Under the pieces are notes generated by a model. The model was not told where the DNA came from. It worked only from the letters and a program-made list of their open reading frames with translations, and did not search any database. Shown here piece after piece: positions 35,768 to 46,874 of a stretch of DNA of 64,000 nucleotides (positions are counted from its first letter, which is position 1; each line of letters starts with the position of its first letter). Where the stretch lies: the NCBI GenBank assembly GCA_051530055.1, contig CM121343.1, forward strand, positions 5,054,389 through 5,118,388, read 5' to 3'. Position numbers and translations under genes: made by a program. This stretch comes from Neoechinorhynchus agilis. Lineage: Eukaryota > Animalia > Acanthocephala.

Positions 35768-38102
35768 ATGTTTTCTCTGGGTTCAATTACGGTCCTTGCC
35801 GGGATCTTCATAATATCAATAGCCGTGAGTGTACTGTCCAGTTCGTCCCTAAGCATCTTATTTATGATTAGAAAGCACATCTCGATTATGGGTGAGTTCG
35901 GTGGAAAGGGCGAATACTTCCTTACGGTATTGTAGATATGGCTACAGATCCCACAATTTCGGATTCCGTCCATATCATATAAATCGCGAAGTGAGTATTC
36001 TGAATTATTCATGCGATGAACATGATAATAATTGCAATCGTCTAGGTAAAATGTGTTCGTACATGGATACCCACTGTTAGGTATTCCGGTGATCTCGAAA
36101 TAACAAATTGATTTAATCTTTAACAATTTAGGTGTTTTTACAGACGACCAATTCCCCGAGTATGGGTATGTATTACGTCGTTTCCTTTACATCGGCGTTA
36201 GTTCACGATCTCTCAAATATAGCCAACGGACAGTGGGATTTTGAGATCTGGGTAAGTGATTGATTGTCAGTCAAAAAATACTTTCAATTGATTTGTAATA
36301 GTCCCGTTCTATATCGTCCACCATACTTCCCATCACAGATACCTCGACCTCCTTTATTTCCGAAGAGGTAAGTCCTTAAACGTACCATGAAATAATTTTT
36401 TTATCGAAATACATGCAGATGGGGACTACAAGGGCCTATACCATTCCTGAGATACAAACCAACTCCATATCCTGGCTACATTTCGCTTCCATATTTAAAA
36501 AGAAGGTATAAAGCAAACGCATTTCAAATGAATAGTGATCGTCTGAACTAGAATGCCTTTGGTACCAAGACTGAATCCTTACTTCAAGCCTATGATGCCC
36601 TCGTTGAATAGAGGACGGTAAATCAACAAAATGTAAATTAATAGTTAGTTTTCTTTAAATTTAGAATGATCTTTGGAATAAGACCTCATCCTTATTATCA
36701 ATATATGTCAAGACCGCTCCTTTACAAAAGGTACAAGAAATGCGAAAACTACAATGATTGGGTTTTTCGTTAAAGAATGCTATGGGGTTTGAAGCCACAC
36801 AATTATTATGGTGGATACATGACAAGACCATCTTATTACAGAAGGTGAATTCTCTATTATTAACGTATAGGAAGATTTATAAATTTCAGAATGTTTTGGG
36901 GACTTAGACCGTACCATTACTATCGATATTTTACTCGGCCGTATATTCATAGAAGGTACAATAGAATTTATATTTACTGAGATCAATTTTTCTATAGACT
37001 TGTTATGGGATACAGACCTTATCAGTATTACCGTTATGTGATCCGTCCATATTATTACAGAAGGTAAATTATTTAAGCACGGCACAAGAAATATTTCAAC
37101 GCAGGCATGTTTACGGATACAAACCATATTCCTATTATCGATATTTGAGTCATCCATTTTATTGGAGGACGTAAGTATTCTCTAGGGCAAAGAATTAACA
37201 GCTTCAAAATTCTCAATTAGACTTAAATATGGATATAGGAGGCCATATCGATATTATGGATATATGATGAGGCCGTTTCAAAGAAGGTGATGCCTTAATA
37301 TATGGACTTATTTCTCAATGTTATTTAGATTTCACCATTCTACGATGAGATTGTATGGAGTTCATAGACTTTCAGGGACGCCATTTTATCATCAATATGT
37401 GAGTGTAATAATCTTGCAAGGTTGACGCAACCAATCATAAAACAGCTTGTTTGTTACCTATTACAGGTCAGATTACCGCACGCTTATGGATATCGGTATG
37501 GATAATCATTTATGCCTTTTCAAGATAATCTATAATTTAAATCACCTTTTATATCTACAGTGGTGGCAATGTTGCATTCAGAAGGGGTTTAGGGGGAGCC
37601 AAAATACTAAGTCCGGTAAATGGTTAACAATTGTTGTACACCGATTACATCTCTATGATTTAGATGATGATGGGATACGGTTATGCCGGAAGGTAAACTC
37701 TATAAAGATACATGGGAATTTTTCGACTTGTTAGGTATGGAATGTTGCGTGGATTCAACAACGCAGAAGGGTTTGGCACAAGATGTCCTATTGCCACTCG
37801 TTTTGTTGGGTATGTAAAATCTAATGAAATCTTCAATTAATAATTGTGTTTTTTTGAAGCGGGGCTTTGGGAGCCTATGGATGTGGGAGTGCCCTTGGTG
37901 ACGCTGCAGTAAGTCGAAATGGATTGAAGATGTTCTTAAATACTTTTCTCTTTACAGGGATCAGTCGTTAACATAGGAGCTGGGTATGATCGACAATTAT
38001 TTTGAGTGAAGTTTAAGATCTTTTCGATACCTTTTTAGACGCGGAATAGCTGGAGAATACAATGGAGGAAAGTGGACAAGGTCGACGAGTACTTATTATT
38101 AG
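35768..38102 (+). CDS. Secreted Tyr/Arg/Pro/Gly-rich repeat protein, 23 mini-exons
   Basis: Manual splicing through 22 GT-AG introns gives one open frame: signal peptide MFSLGSITVLAGIFIISIAKA, then ~21-aa exon repeats such as MFWGLRPYHYYRYFTRPYIHRR, then a Gly-rich tail. Not visible in the ORF track. Confidence 0.85.
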
Positions 38103-38197
38103 ACTACTAGCGAAAAGTCTTAAGGCGAGGCAAAATAAAAATCCTTATCTTTCACTTTTGAAGTATCAAATGTACACATTCATATGGTCCTTTTTTG

Positions 38198-39411
38198 TCA
38201 TTGATCAGATATATAGTAATAAGCATGGCTTTTAAGATCACTTATTGAAGGTCTTCTTAATGGATTTCTATTGAAACACGTTTTGAGTAAATCATGTAAA
38301 CTTTTATCGTTAAGTGGAGGGAATGAAATGGGAAATAGGGGATTGGATATAGCTGATAGTTTAGGTTCCGTGCATTCAATGTAGCGAAAAGGAGTTTCTC
38401 CGTATGCCATTTCGTACAATATGCATCCAAGACCCCAAACATCCACCTTTCGTGTGTAAACGCAATCCGCCATGTTGCCCGCAACTTCAGGACTGAGATA
38501 ATTCCGAGTGCCGCGTGATTTGTACTTCACTCCATTCACTCCTTTTGGTATTACTAATGAAAATCCAAAATCTATCAACTTAAGATCGCCGTCGCTTGTG
38601 TAAATAAAATTGTCCGGCTTTATATCGGTGTGGATAACCCTGTTTCTATGTAAGCTCTCCACGGCCTCGACCATGGCCTTCCATAACTTCTTGCGGGTCG
38701 GTTCACTGACGGGTCCGGTCCCCATGATTTTCCGAAGACTTATTCCTAGTTCCATGACGGAATATGTTTTATTTTGCGTGAGTTTACATTCCGACTCGTG
38801 CATCACAGAGATTAACGGTTCTCAAAGGGAATGCTCTCCGTGAATCACTGCCTTAATTTTACAACCTTGGCTCTTCGCATATGCAAGTACTTTAATAATT
38901 GTATTTCATTGTTGAACGAATTTAGATTACCGTTATATGGCGTGATTGTTTGTTCTTTAACAGCTACTCTCCTACCAGTTTCAAGGCATTGAGCTTTAAA
39001 GACCAATGAGTTAGGGCTCTGGTATATTATCTTGTTCAAAGCATACGTATGAGCATTGATGAGCACAATGTAAGGATGAGCGATCGGCGGTGGTTGAATG
39101 GGTGGTTGCAGTTGTGCTGGGAACTGCTGGTTAGGCGGCGAGGCAGGGTTTACTGCGTTGACTGCGTTAGGCGATAGGAAAGTCCATTCGTACTGCTCTT
39201 TTAGTGGAGAATTAAATGCCGAAACGAACGTTGCAGTTTGTGGTCTTCTCTGGGATAGGTGGCACGGCAACAAAACTGGTCTAACCCGATGAGCCGTTAA
39301 GGCGGTCGTGTTCGACACGTGTCTGGGTGTAGTAAGCATGAATAAGGCTGCGGATGTTTCTCCGTTTCCTGTGCCATAAGCTCCCGTACTACAAGTAAAA
39401 GCCTCGGTCAT
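38198..39411 (-). CDS. TTK/Mps1-like protein kinase
   Basis: VAVKE...NEIQLLKYL, VIHTDIKPDNF, KLIDFGFS, GTRNYLSPE and DVWGLGCILYEMAYGETPF...KLSAISNP. Two ORFs join on removal of 38801-38853. Confidence 0.85.
38801..38853 (-). other. Non-canonical hairpin intervening sequence (53 nt) in the TTK-like kinase
   Basis: AAATTA|AGGCAGTGATTCACGG...CCGTTAATCTCTGTGATG|CACGAG. Terminal stem of 11/13 bp, no phase-compatible GT-AG pair; removal gives VVKLHESE. Confidence 0.72.
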
Positions 39412-40109
39412 CTAAGTTTCCATCGAAAAACTCGCGAAATTCTAGGCAGTTACTGCTATTGCGGTATTTTTCGTTTTTATGCACACCTCCATTGTTTTTT
39501 GAATTTGACGATAGCGAGGGGAACGCAAAGGATGAAGCTGATGGCGGCGGGGCGATGTTCAGACAGTTTTCTGCACTCGCTACTAGACCCAGACTGTGAT
39601 AATTTTCACACCTTCACATTTGATGTTGGAAAATAACAATGCACTATTGAACAAGCCGTTTCCGTATCTAGAAACGTAAAGGCTAATTGTGAGATAAGGA
39701 CCCGCCGATACGTCCAAGCGTGTGATTGCAATGTAAAACTTGACCTGACCTCGATGCGCTTGTGAGAAATGCCCCTTTTGTCTAATGACTCGGTTTTCGC
39801 TATAGACAAAGAACCCCTACTCTCTTTCGACATACACTGACCCACTTTCAAATGCGTGAAAAACGTGAAACTCTCGCTACTCCGAGCGCAGTGGACTCCT
39901 TAAATTCTATAACATAAGGTTCTTCTTTGACTTCTAATTAACCTTTAACCTCAGACAACTTTCTGTCATTATCATCGTTCGAATGTTAAATACCCATCTC
40001 AGCCTTCCAATTTTCAGGCCTGGCCAAATAATGTTACACACGCACACTCATCAACTTTGATCGTTGTTCTAAAGCAACAAAATAATTTAAGCTAAAATCA
40101 CCCGTTTAG

Positions 40110-40814
40110 ATGGCCGATCAAAACGAAACTCCACAACCGAATCCGCCCAGCGAACCGGTCGAGTCAGGCGGAATTTTGCAAATAAGATATATTAGATCAC
40201 CGGAAGGAATATTGAACATCATTGTTGTGGTGCGTATCGAGAAATTTTAAAAACAATCAAGCGGTTTCTTTTTAGGCGTCGTTATTACTTGGATTCATTT
40301 GTGCCGTATCTTTATCACATTCCGGAGCGCGACAAGTGGACATATGTGATACATTCAACAGTGATATAAAGATCAATGTGGCAGCGACACGTGCATCCTA
40401 CGCCGTGTTCAGCTTTCTTGGATTTATCGCGTTTTCATTACTATTGATTATTAATATCTTAAATCTACCTTTCCTGGGATCCATCAAGGACGTTTTATCT
40501 TCGATTCTGGTTGGTTCATTCGCAATTTTTAATCATCGTTCGGCATTTTCATTTAGTCAGTGATGATTACCGCCTCCTTTATGGTTCTCATGTTCATTGT
40601 ATCATCAACAGCAGCGGCAGCCGAGCGGAAACGGGCTGTATCTACTTGTAATGGCCTACCAAGATCAGGCGGCCTTGGTGCTGCCAGTGTAAGTTTCTCC
40701 GATATTACATTTTCAGCATATTTTCACTTCTAATTTAAGTTCTTCGGATTCCTCGCGTTTATTGCGATGGGAGGCATGAGTGTCTTGACATTCATGAGAG
40801 TAATCAATATCTGA
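40110..40814 (+). CDS. MARVEL-domain four-TM protein (CMTM/plasmolipin-like), 4 exons
   Basis: YIRSPEGILNIIVV|ASLLLGFICA...GLGAAS|FFGFLAFIAM. Three GT-AG introns and four hydrophobic segments. Confidence 0.82.
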
Positions 40815-41399
40815 CTTGGAGCGATGATTGCAATAAAGTAATTCTATTTAAAAATGACTTACGCACGATAACAGCGTCAGCTCATATCCGTATAATTAGG
40901 AGACTTGGGCACTTAATATTGATTGGTAACTCTCATTTACATTGAATCACGCACTTGTACTAATTGATTCGAGTACCAATAAGCATTAAGTTATCAATAT
41001 GGGAAAATATCAGTTGAAATTAACAAATTCACTGATATTCAAATTGAGCATCATTCTTTTCGATGATAAGGATGCTAATTTATTGTTTAAAACGACTAAA
41101 AATTGGATGCAAAGTAATCATACTCAGTACACATAAAGCAAAATTACTTTTAATAGTTGGCACATAGTGATATCATGTGTCTGACTGAATGTTCCATTGA
41201 TATTCGGTCTGTACCTTTTCAGTGCCGGTGAAATATCAGTTGGTATCATATTAAAAATCATCCCATTTCTTAAGATCATAATTAAACCTTTAAATATAGT
41301 CACCTCGCTGCACTACAGTTAAATTAAAAATTTAGGAACCTCTAGATCTAAGATATTAAAATGATATGAAGTCTACTTTTCAAAATAGCAAATAAAAAT

Positions 41400-42270
41400 A
41401 GTATAATTTTGGTGAACATACTCCCGGTCATAACCTATTTGATTTTGATTTATAGGGGAAATATTTCGAAGGAGGTAACCACGCCTCGTCAGTCATTGAT
41501 TGTAAGTTTTCTACCATGAGGCGAGGTTCAATTTTAAAAATAAAATCTTGTTTTTGAATTGGTGTGTGAGCGATTAGAGTTTCGTATTAAGTCGAGCAGA
41601 GGCGATAAAACTGAGTCGCGGATTTACCTAATTAAATACCTTAGTAGTGACCCTTCTGCTGTTGATTTGTTGTTCCGTTTATTATTGCCTATTATTTAGT
41701 CTTAGGTTGAAGTTTGTAAAAAAAACAAGCTCGAGGGTCAATATCAGATAACCTCCTTGAAATTTCATAATACGTTCAACTCTCTTCCTTGGAAATATTC
41801 AGAATCCATTTTGATTGAGTATTTGGGGTTAAGAAAGCTATAAATCGAGTCACAAACATTAAAAAACTTACAAATGTTAAGGTTGGGTGTGAAGGACAAG
41901 ATCTTTAAAAATTATTTCGATGAAAGGAATTCCAGAGAATCAGCGTCAGATCCCAAACTAATCAGAAGTTTCCTGAGCTTCAATCTAAAGCTTAAAAGGA
42001 GTATCAGTTCCATAGGGCGGCTACGTACGAATATTCATCTAGATCAACATAATATAATTTAAGAGCTCAATAAAAAATGGAAGTGGCATCCATCAAGTGA
42101 AACTTCCTTTTCCCAAACTAATCAGAAGTTTCCTGAGCTTCAATCTAAAGCTTAAAAGGAGTCTCAGTTCCATAGGGCAGCTACGTACGAATATTCATCT
42201 AGATCAACATAATATAATTTAAGAGCTCAATAAAAAGTGGAAGTGACATTTATCAAGTGAAACTTCCTTT
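41400..42270 (+). mobile_element. Penelope-like remnant containing a ~161-bp tandem duplication
   Basis: ~41950-42110 is repeated at ~42111-42270 and includes a GIY-YIG-like HNII*EL. The terminal motif at 41410-41500 is shared with other PLE-associated repeats. Confidence 0.55.
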
Positions 42271-42891
42271 AATGATAATTTTAATTTTATTAAATGTACA
42301 TTCAAGACGGGTCTATTATCAACTCGGATAAGCGATTTAACAATACACGCATGAGGCGCGGTTTGGAACTCCGGACGCATTAAAACGGACTACCTGAGCT
42401 AAAACCGTCGCTGCCGTAAGGCCCCTCATAGACGGAGGGTTAGCGAAGGCATCCGGCCTTAAAAGAGCCGATATCTGGCTCTTAAGGATTGGAAAAGAGG
42501 CCCTGGACTTTCATCGAGATCAACTCAAGGACCCACGACCATTTAACCTGGTTTATAAGAGATTTGGATTTCGAAGATAAAACCATCAAGCCTTAGATAC
42601 ATCGGGGACAACAGTCTGCCGACCCAAGTCAAAATAAGAAATGTACAGTTAAGGGATGGATTTGTGGCGATCATAATCCCCCAGGATAAAGTTTGTGGAA
42701 CAATGAATGATGAGGTTTCCTCTTCGCAAAATATCTTCAATAAAATAGTTTTTATCAGGGGGTGGTGATTATGATCACCACAGCATCATCTCCATAATTA
42801 CGAAGAATTTTCTCTCTCTTTCGATGATTAGTTAATGGATATGTTTTGGTTCCTTTTAGGATTGTTCTTTATTGTGACTATACGAATATGA

Positions 42892-43113
42892 CTAGGATGC
42901 GAAAAGGACACTTGCAGCGTTGCCGCGCTCGATCGCGAGATCTATGTTTTGTAGGAAGAAGGTTCCCGCTCTTGGTTCTCCGGTTGCGATCCTCATCTTC
43001 CTTGACAAATCCGAAGTGAAGTTCTTGGCCTCAGCACCGAAGGCTCCGAACGTCTTAACGCCGAAAGGGACGAAGTGGTGTGTCCTCAAGAGCTCGGCGT
43101 ACTTCCCCCGCTT
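42892..43113 (-). mobile_element. 3' end of a CRE-type non-LTR retrotransposon
   Basis: GKYAELLRTHHFVPFGVKTFGAFG...ATGEPRAGTFFLQNIDLAIERGNAASVL. Confidence 0.88.
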
Positions 43114-43520
43114 CCAACAATATAAAAATGTGCAACAGATATTCTGCATTATCCTTTCCCAAGACAATGCAATATTTCATGTTTTACCGAGAAAATCCAC
43201 CTGGATGGTAAATTTTGACATGCGGTGAAGATAATCACCCAGTTAAAAATCATTTTATTATTAGGAAATATTTCGAAAGAGGAAAGCTCGCCTTATCAAT
43301 CATCTAAAAAGGTTTTTGTTTATTGTTATTCCTATGTTTTGTTTAAAAGGCTCGGATTGACAGGTTCGCTACTTCTACCCGAACCTTGGAAGTAGCGAAC
43401 CTTAGGCGAGGTTTCCTCTTTCGAAATATTTCAGTACAATAAAATGATTTTGAACCGGGTGATTATCTTCACCACAAGTCAAAATTTCCTGTTTTGTTTC
43501 TAGTATCACGACGTTGCGCT
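43113..43520. repeat. ~400-bp foldback element, copy 1 (near-identical to 52521-52900)
   Basis: ~90-bp imperfect inverted arms plus the internal perfect 13-bp hairpin ggttcgctacttc/gaagtagcgaacc. Confidence 0.88.
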
Positions 43521-44323
43521 TCCTTTTTGAATTTGAAACCATAACATTTGACAATAAACAAGAGTAGCTATTTACTTAATTGCTTGACAAGAGGGTCACC
43601 GAATCAAGAGTTTCCTTTCACTAGGGAGAGAATCGCACTTTTGACCCAATAGAAATAACATTTTTAAGCATTTTGTGGCTCGGAAACGCACTTATATAAG
43701 GTTCAAGTAGTTGACAAAAAAAATACCGTTTTCTTAGAGATATCCTTTCATCATATAAATCGTCTTCAATGACCGTTATGAAGTGCGTTCGCTCCATTTG
43801 TTCCGAAGGCAATTCGAAACTGTCATTCCGTGCAAGGATTTTCATTGGATATCTTCACCCATTATGAAACCCTTGACCAATCTTTCGAATAGAACACTTA
43901 ACGTTCGCTCGGTTCGCCGTCATTTCTAAGCATTCAGTTTTTGCTTATCCAATTTTGTTTGCGTAAATACAATTCTCGTTTAAAGTATGAAGATTTTTTC
44001 GATCTTGGTGATGCTAGCTATCTGCGAGAAGCATTTAAGAAAATATAGATTCCACTCTTCTCTACTCATTTTGTAGTCCAGATTGGAAACATGTAGAACA
44101 ACTGGTTCATATCGGTAAATAGATCTTTCCGAATAATCGCTAGTCCCAATGAACTCCTCAGTAATCGCAGTTGGTCTATTACCAGGTTCTTTGCGACCGC
44201 CCTTGGCTACTACGAACCCCGAAGTTCGGGTCCGGTTGAACATAAAGGGCAAATGTTGTGATTTGTCTAAAAAAAATTTATTCGCAAAGGACCATGTGAG
44301 AAAGAGTGAGTCAATCAAACGTT

Positions 44324-46063
44324 TCAATCATTGCCGATGGCTGTCCATTTATCCACTTTGGCGGTCCAGTCGACGGTGTTTGCCCATGCGAAAGGGAGAG
44401 TGGAGCAGAGTCTCAGGAAGGTGCATCGGAAGCTCTGGCGTTGTTCGGGCGGTCGTCCTCTAGAATAGAAGGCTAGACCAGATATGGCCCACGCGTTCCA
44501 TATAGATTTGCTAGACTTAAGATTGAGGCCTAGTCGGGCAGCACGCTTTGCTTTGGCATTAGCACATTTGAATAGTCGTTTCATCTTATTCAGGTCAGCC
44601 GAGAATGACAGATTACTACTGAGGGTAAAGCCCAGAATGTTGAGTCTATGAAAAACCGGGAAAAAATCAAGGGCGAAAAACTTATTGAGAAAGTCTCTAA
44701 TGCGTCGCTTGCCAACGACGGATTTTGATTTTATTAAAAACTTGGTCTTTTTATTATTTAAGGCAAGACCCATGTGAGGTAGTTTTTCTTTTAAGAAATT
44801 CAGAACTGCAGCAAGCTTCGCTCGAGCTTGCACATAGTTGCGTTCTTTTATTACCACGGTGAGATCATCCGCGTACATGGTGATAGAATGACAGACTTTG
44901 CAGTTTTGAACAATATATTGGGAGGCCAAACAGAAAAGAATCCGTGATAGAGGGGAGCCTTGGGGAACTCCTTTAACCTGAAAGTAAACTGAGCGAGCGG
45001 GGTCGTCCGAGAAAAAGAACCGTCTGGACTTCAAGGTATTGTGAACCCTAGCTATGAAATTGAAAGGAAAATTAAAAAATCGCAAAATACTCAGGATAAA
45101 ATCAATATCGATATTGTCGAATGCCTTGCTGATATCAAAAGAAATCAAGATATTCATAGCACGACGGTTCTGGCCAAAATTAAGTATAATTTCGTTCATA
45201 GCAGAGTGGACTGATTTGCCGGGAACGAAGCCATGGCATCGCTTATCGATGATATTATGCTCACAGGAGAACGCGACGATCCGCTTTGCCAATATTCTCT
45301 CAGCTATGGAGACCAACGAGTTTTGAATGGAAATTGGTCTCACATCTCCCGAAGATATTGATCGAACTTTACCTTTGCGTAGGAAAATCCTTTTCGCAAT
45401 ATTAATTTCGGACCATTCTTCAGGTGAGGCTAATAGCATGACACTGGTCAATAATGAAATGTTATCCCTAATCAAGACGTTGGTTGCTTTGAAACAAGCT
45501 GAAGAGCCGTTGCATGAGGTAAGATTCTTAGAGGTCCACCATTGTAAAAAATCTTTTTTGGTGAGATCAAGTCTCCGTGGTTTAGGAAGTATGAAGTTAG
45601 TGGCGATGGGAATCGGACTGGCACCGTTGGAGTGTTCGGAGCAAAGTGCACTGATGACTGTGTCAAAGCCTAAAGCTCTGATCCAGGCGGCAGCTGCCCT
45701 TTTCCATGGGAAGGAGCGCTTCCGGTTTACTACTCTCCACCATTCCGATGAGTGGGGTAGGTAAGAGCTGATCATTTTGCGATCTTGGGCGATCTGGAAT
45801 CTGGCTTTGCACGGCCAGTAGAGAGATGACCAAAACTTAGAGGAACTGGTGTCGCCCGCTGCCTTAGCTTTAAAGAGCTCCTTACCGTAAAGGGATAATA
45901 GGTTGGATTTCCGAGGTACTCCTACTGATCTCCTAACTGTGGTAAGGAAATTGTTACTAGTGTCAGCCAAAAAATTGTTAATATCTTTAAGCTCGGTGGA
46001 TTTTGACCCAGAGAGATAAAAGCGGGTAGCAGCATTAAAGAGACTAACATTTAACCATCCCAA
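44324..46063 (-). CDS. LINE ORF2, reverse transcriptase portion
   Basis: RPISI...ERIL, HGFVPGKS, FDISKAFD, GVPQGSPLS and YADDL. The frame is open up to ~46130. Confidence 0.92.
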   Translation of the reverse strand: MGWLNVSLFNAATRFYLSGSKSTELKDINNFLADTSNNFLTTVRRSVGVPRKSNLLSLYGKELFKAKAAGDTSSSKFWSSLYWPCKARFQIAQDRKMISSYLPHSSEWWRVVNRKRSFPWKRAAAAWIRALGFDTVISALCSEHSNGASPIPIATNFILPKPRRLDLTKKDFLQWWTSKNLTSCNGSSACFKATNVLIRDNISLLTSVMLLASPEEWSEINIAKRIFLRKGKVRSISSGDVRPISIQNSLVSIAERILAKRIVAFSCEHNIIDKRCHGFVPGKSVHSAMNEIILNFGQNRRAMNILISFDISKAFDNIDIDFILSILRFFNFPFNFIARVHNTLKSRRFFFSDDPARSVYFQVKGVPQGSPLSRILFCLASQYIVQNCKVCHSITMYADDLTVVIKERNYVQARAKLAAVLNFLKEKLPHMGLALNNKKTKFLIKSKSVVGKRRIRDFLNKFFALDFFPVFHRLNILGFTLSSNLSFSADLNKMKRLFKCANAKAKRAARLGLNLKSSKSIWNAWAISGLAFYSRGRPPEQRQSFRCTFLRLCSTLPFAWANTVDWTAKVDKWTAIGND

Positions 46064-46874
46064 TTTGAACTTTCGCGATAACAGAACGTTCTTGTCGAGC
46101 TCCCAAGTTAAAACGTCGTGTCCAGCGACTTGGAATAGAGGATTGAGAAATTAAAATAGGTTTGTAGAAGCCACTTTTTCGGTATATACACAGATCCAGG
46201 TACGAGGATGAAGATCCGTCAGTAAAAGTAGGATAATCGGGCGTAATGAGGTTGTGGGATTCTCCAGAACAAATAATAGAATTGATCCATTTCTGCGAAG
46301 GATCATTAAAGTCGGCAAAACAAAAGTCAATACCTGACCCTAAGATGTTCTTCAAAATGGACTTATTGCGAGGGAGATGTATCTTATGGGGCCGGACATA
46401 GATGTTAGCTAATAGAAGTTTAGAGCCTTTAATACAAACTGAAAAAATTGAATAAGACAGATCATCGGAGGAAAACGATGTGATCTGTGTGGGACCGAGA
46501 GAAGGCAGGAAAAAAGACAGTAGACCTTGGGAATTGGGCGAATGAGGAGGGGTACAGAATAAGACAAATTGTTCGGTCAGTGAGCTTAGACTTTGAGGTA
46601 GGTCGTGAACATTATAGACAGACTTGGACTCCTGAATAAAGATGATGCTGCACCGCCAGGCCTCTGAGAGCAGTCTATGGATACTAACCCGTCCGCCAGA
46701 GTTCCACTGCACGATCCTTAACTCCGTACTGAGCATTCTTGAATAAGTTTGTGACTCCCGTTTCACAAACCTGAGATTGTTCTTGGATAATATCCCGAAC
46801 GAAGAGTTCGTTCTCGTGCATCTCAACATCTGAGTTGGATAGGTTCGGATTGACAGGAGACGCTTTACGAACAC
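46044..46874 (-). CDS. LINE ORF2, apurinic-like endonuclease portion (one frameshift from the RT frame)
   Basis: IVQWNSGG, IIFIQES, ANIYVRP, ADFND, PTF and YLDLCI. Confidence 0.88.
   Translation of the reverse strand: MFVKRLLSIRTYPTQMLRCTRTNSSFGILSKNNLRFVKRESQTYSRMLSTELRIVQWNSGGRVSIHRLLSEAWRCSIIFIQESKSVYNVHDLPQSLSSLTEQFVLFCTPPHSPNSQGLLSFFLPSLGPTQITSFSSDDLSYSIFSVCIKGSKLLLANIYVRPHKIHLPRNKSILKNILGSGIDFCFADFNDPSQKWINSIICSGESHNLITPDYPTFTDGSSSSYLDLCIYRKSGFYKPILISQSSIPSRWTRRFNLGARQERSVIAKVQIGMVKC

Noticed and set aside
42300-42540. GC-rich segment with weak A/B-box-like motifs and a small hairpin
   Set aside because: No cloverleaf and no second copy in the window; insufficient support for an RNA gene.
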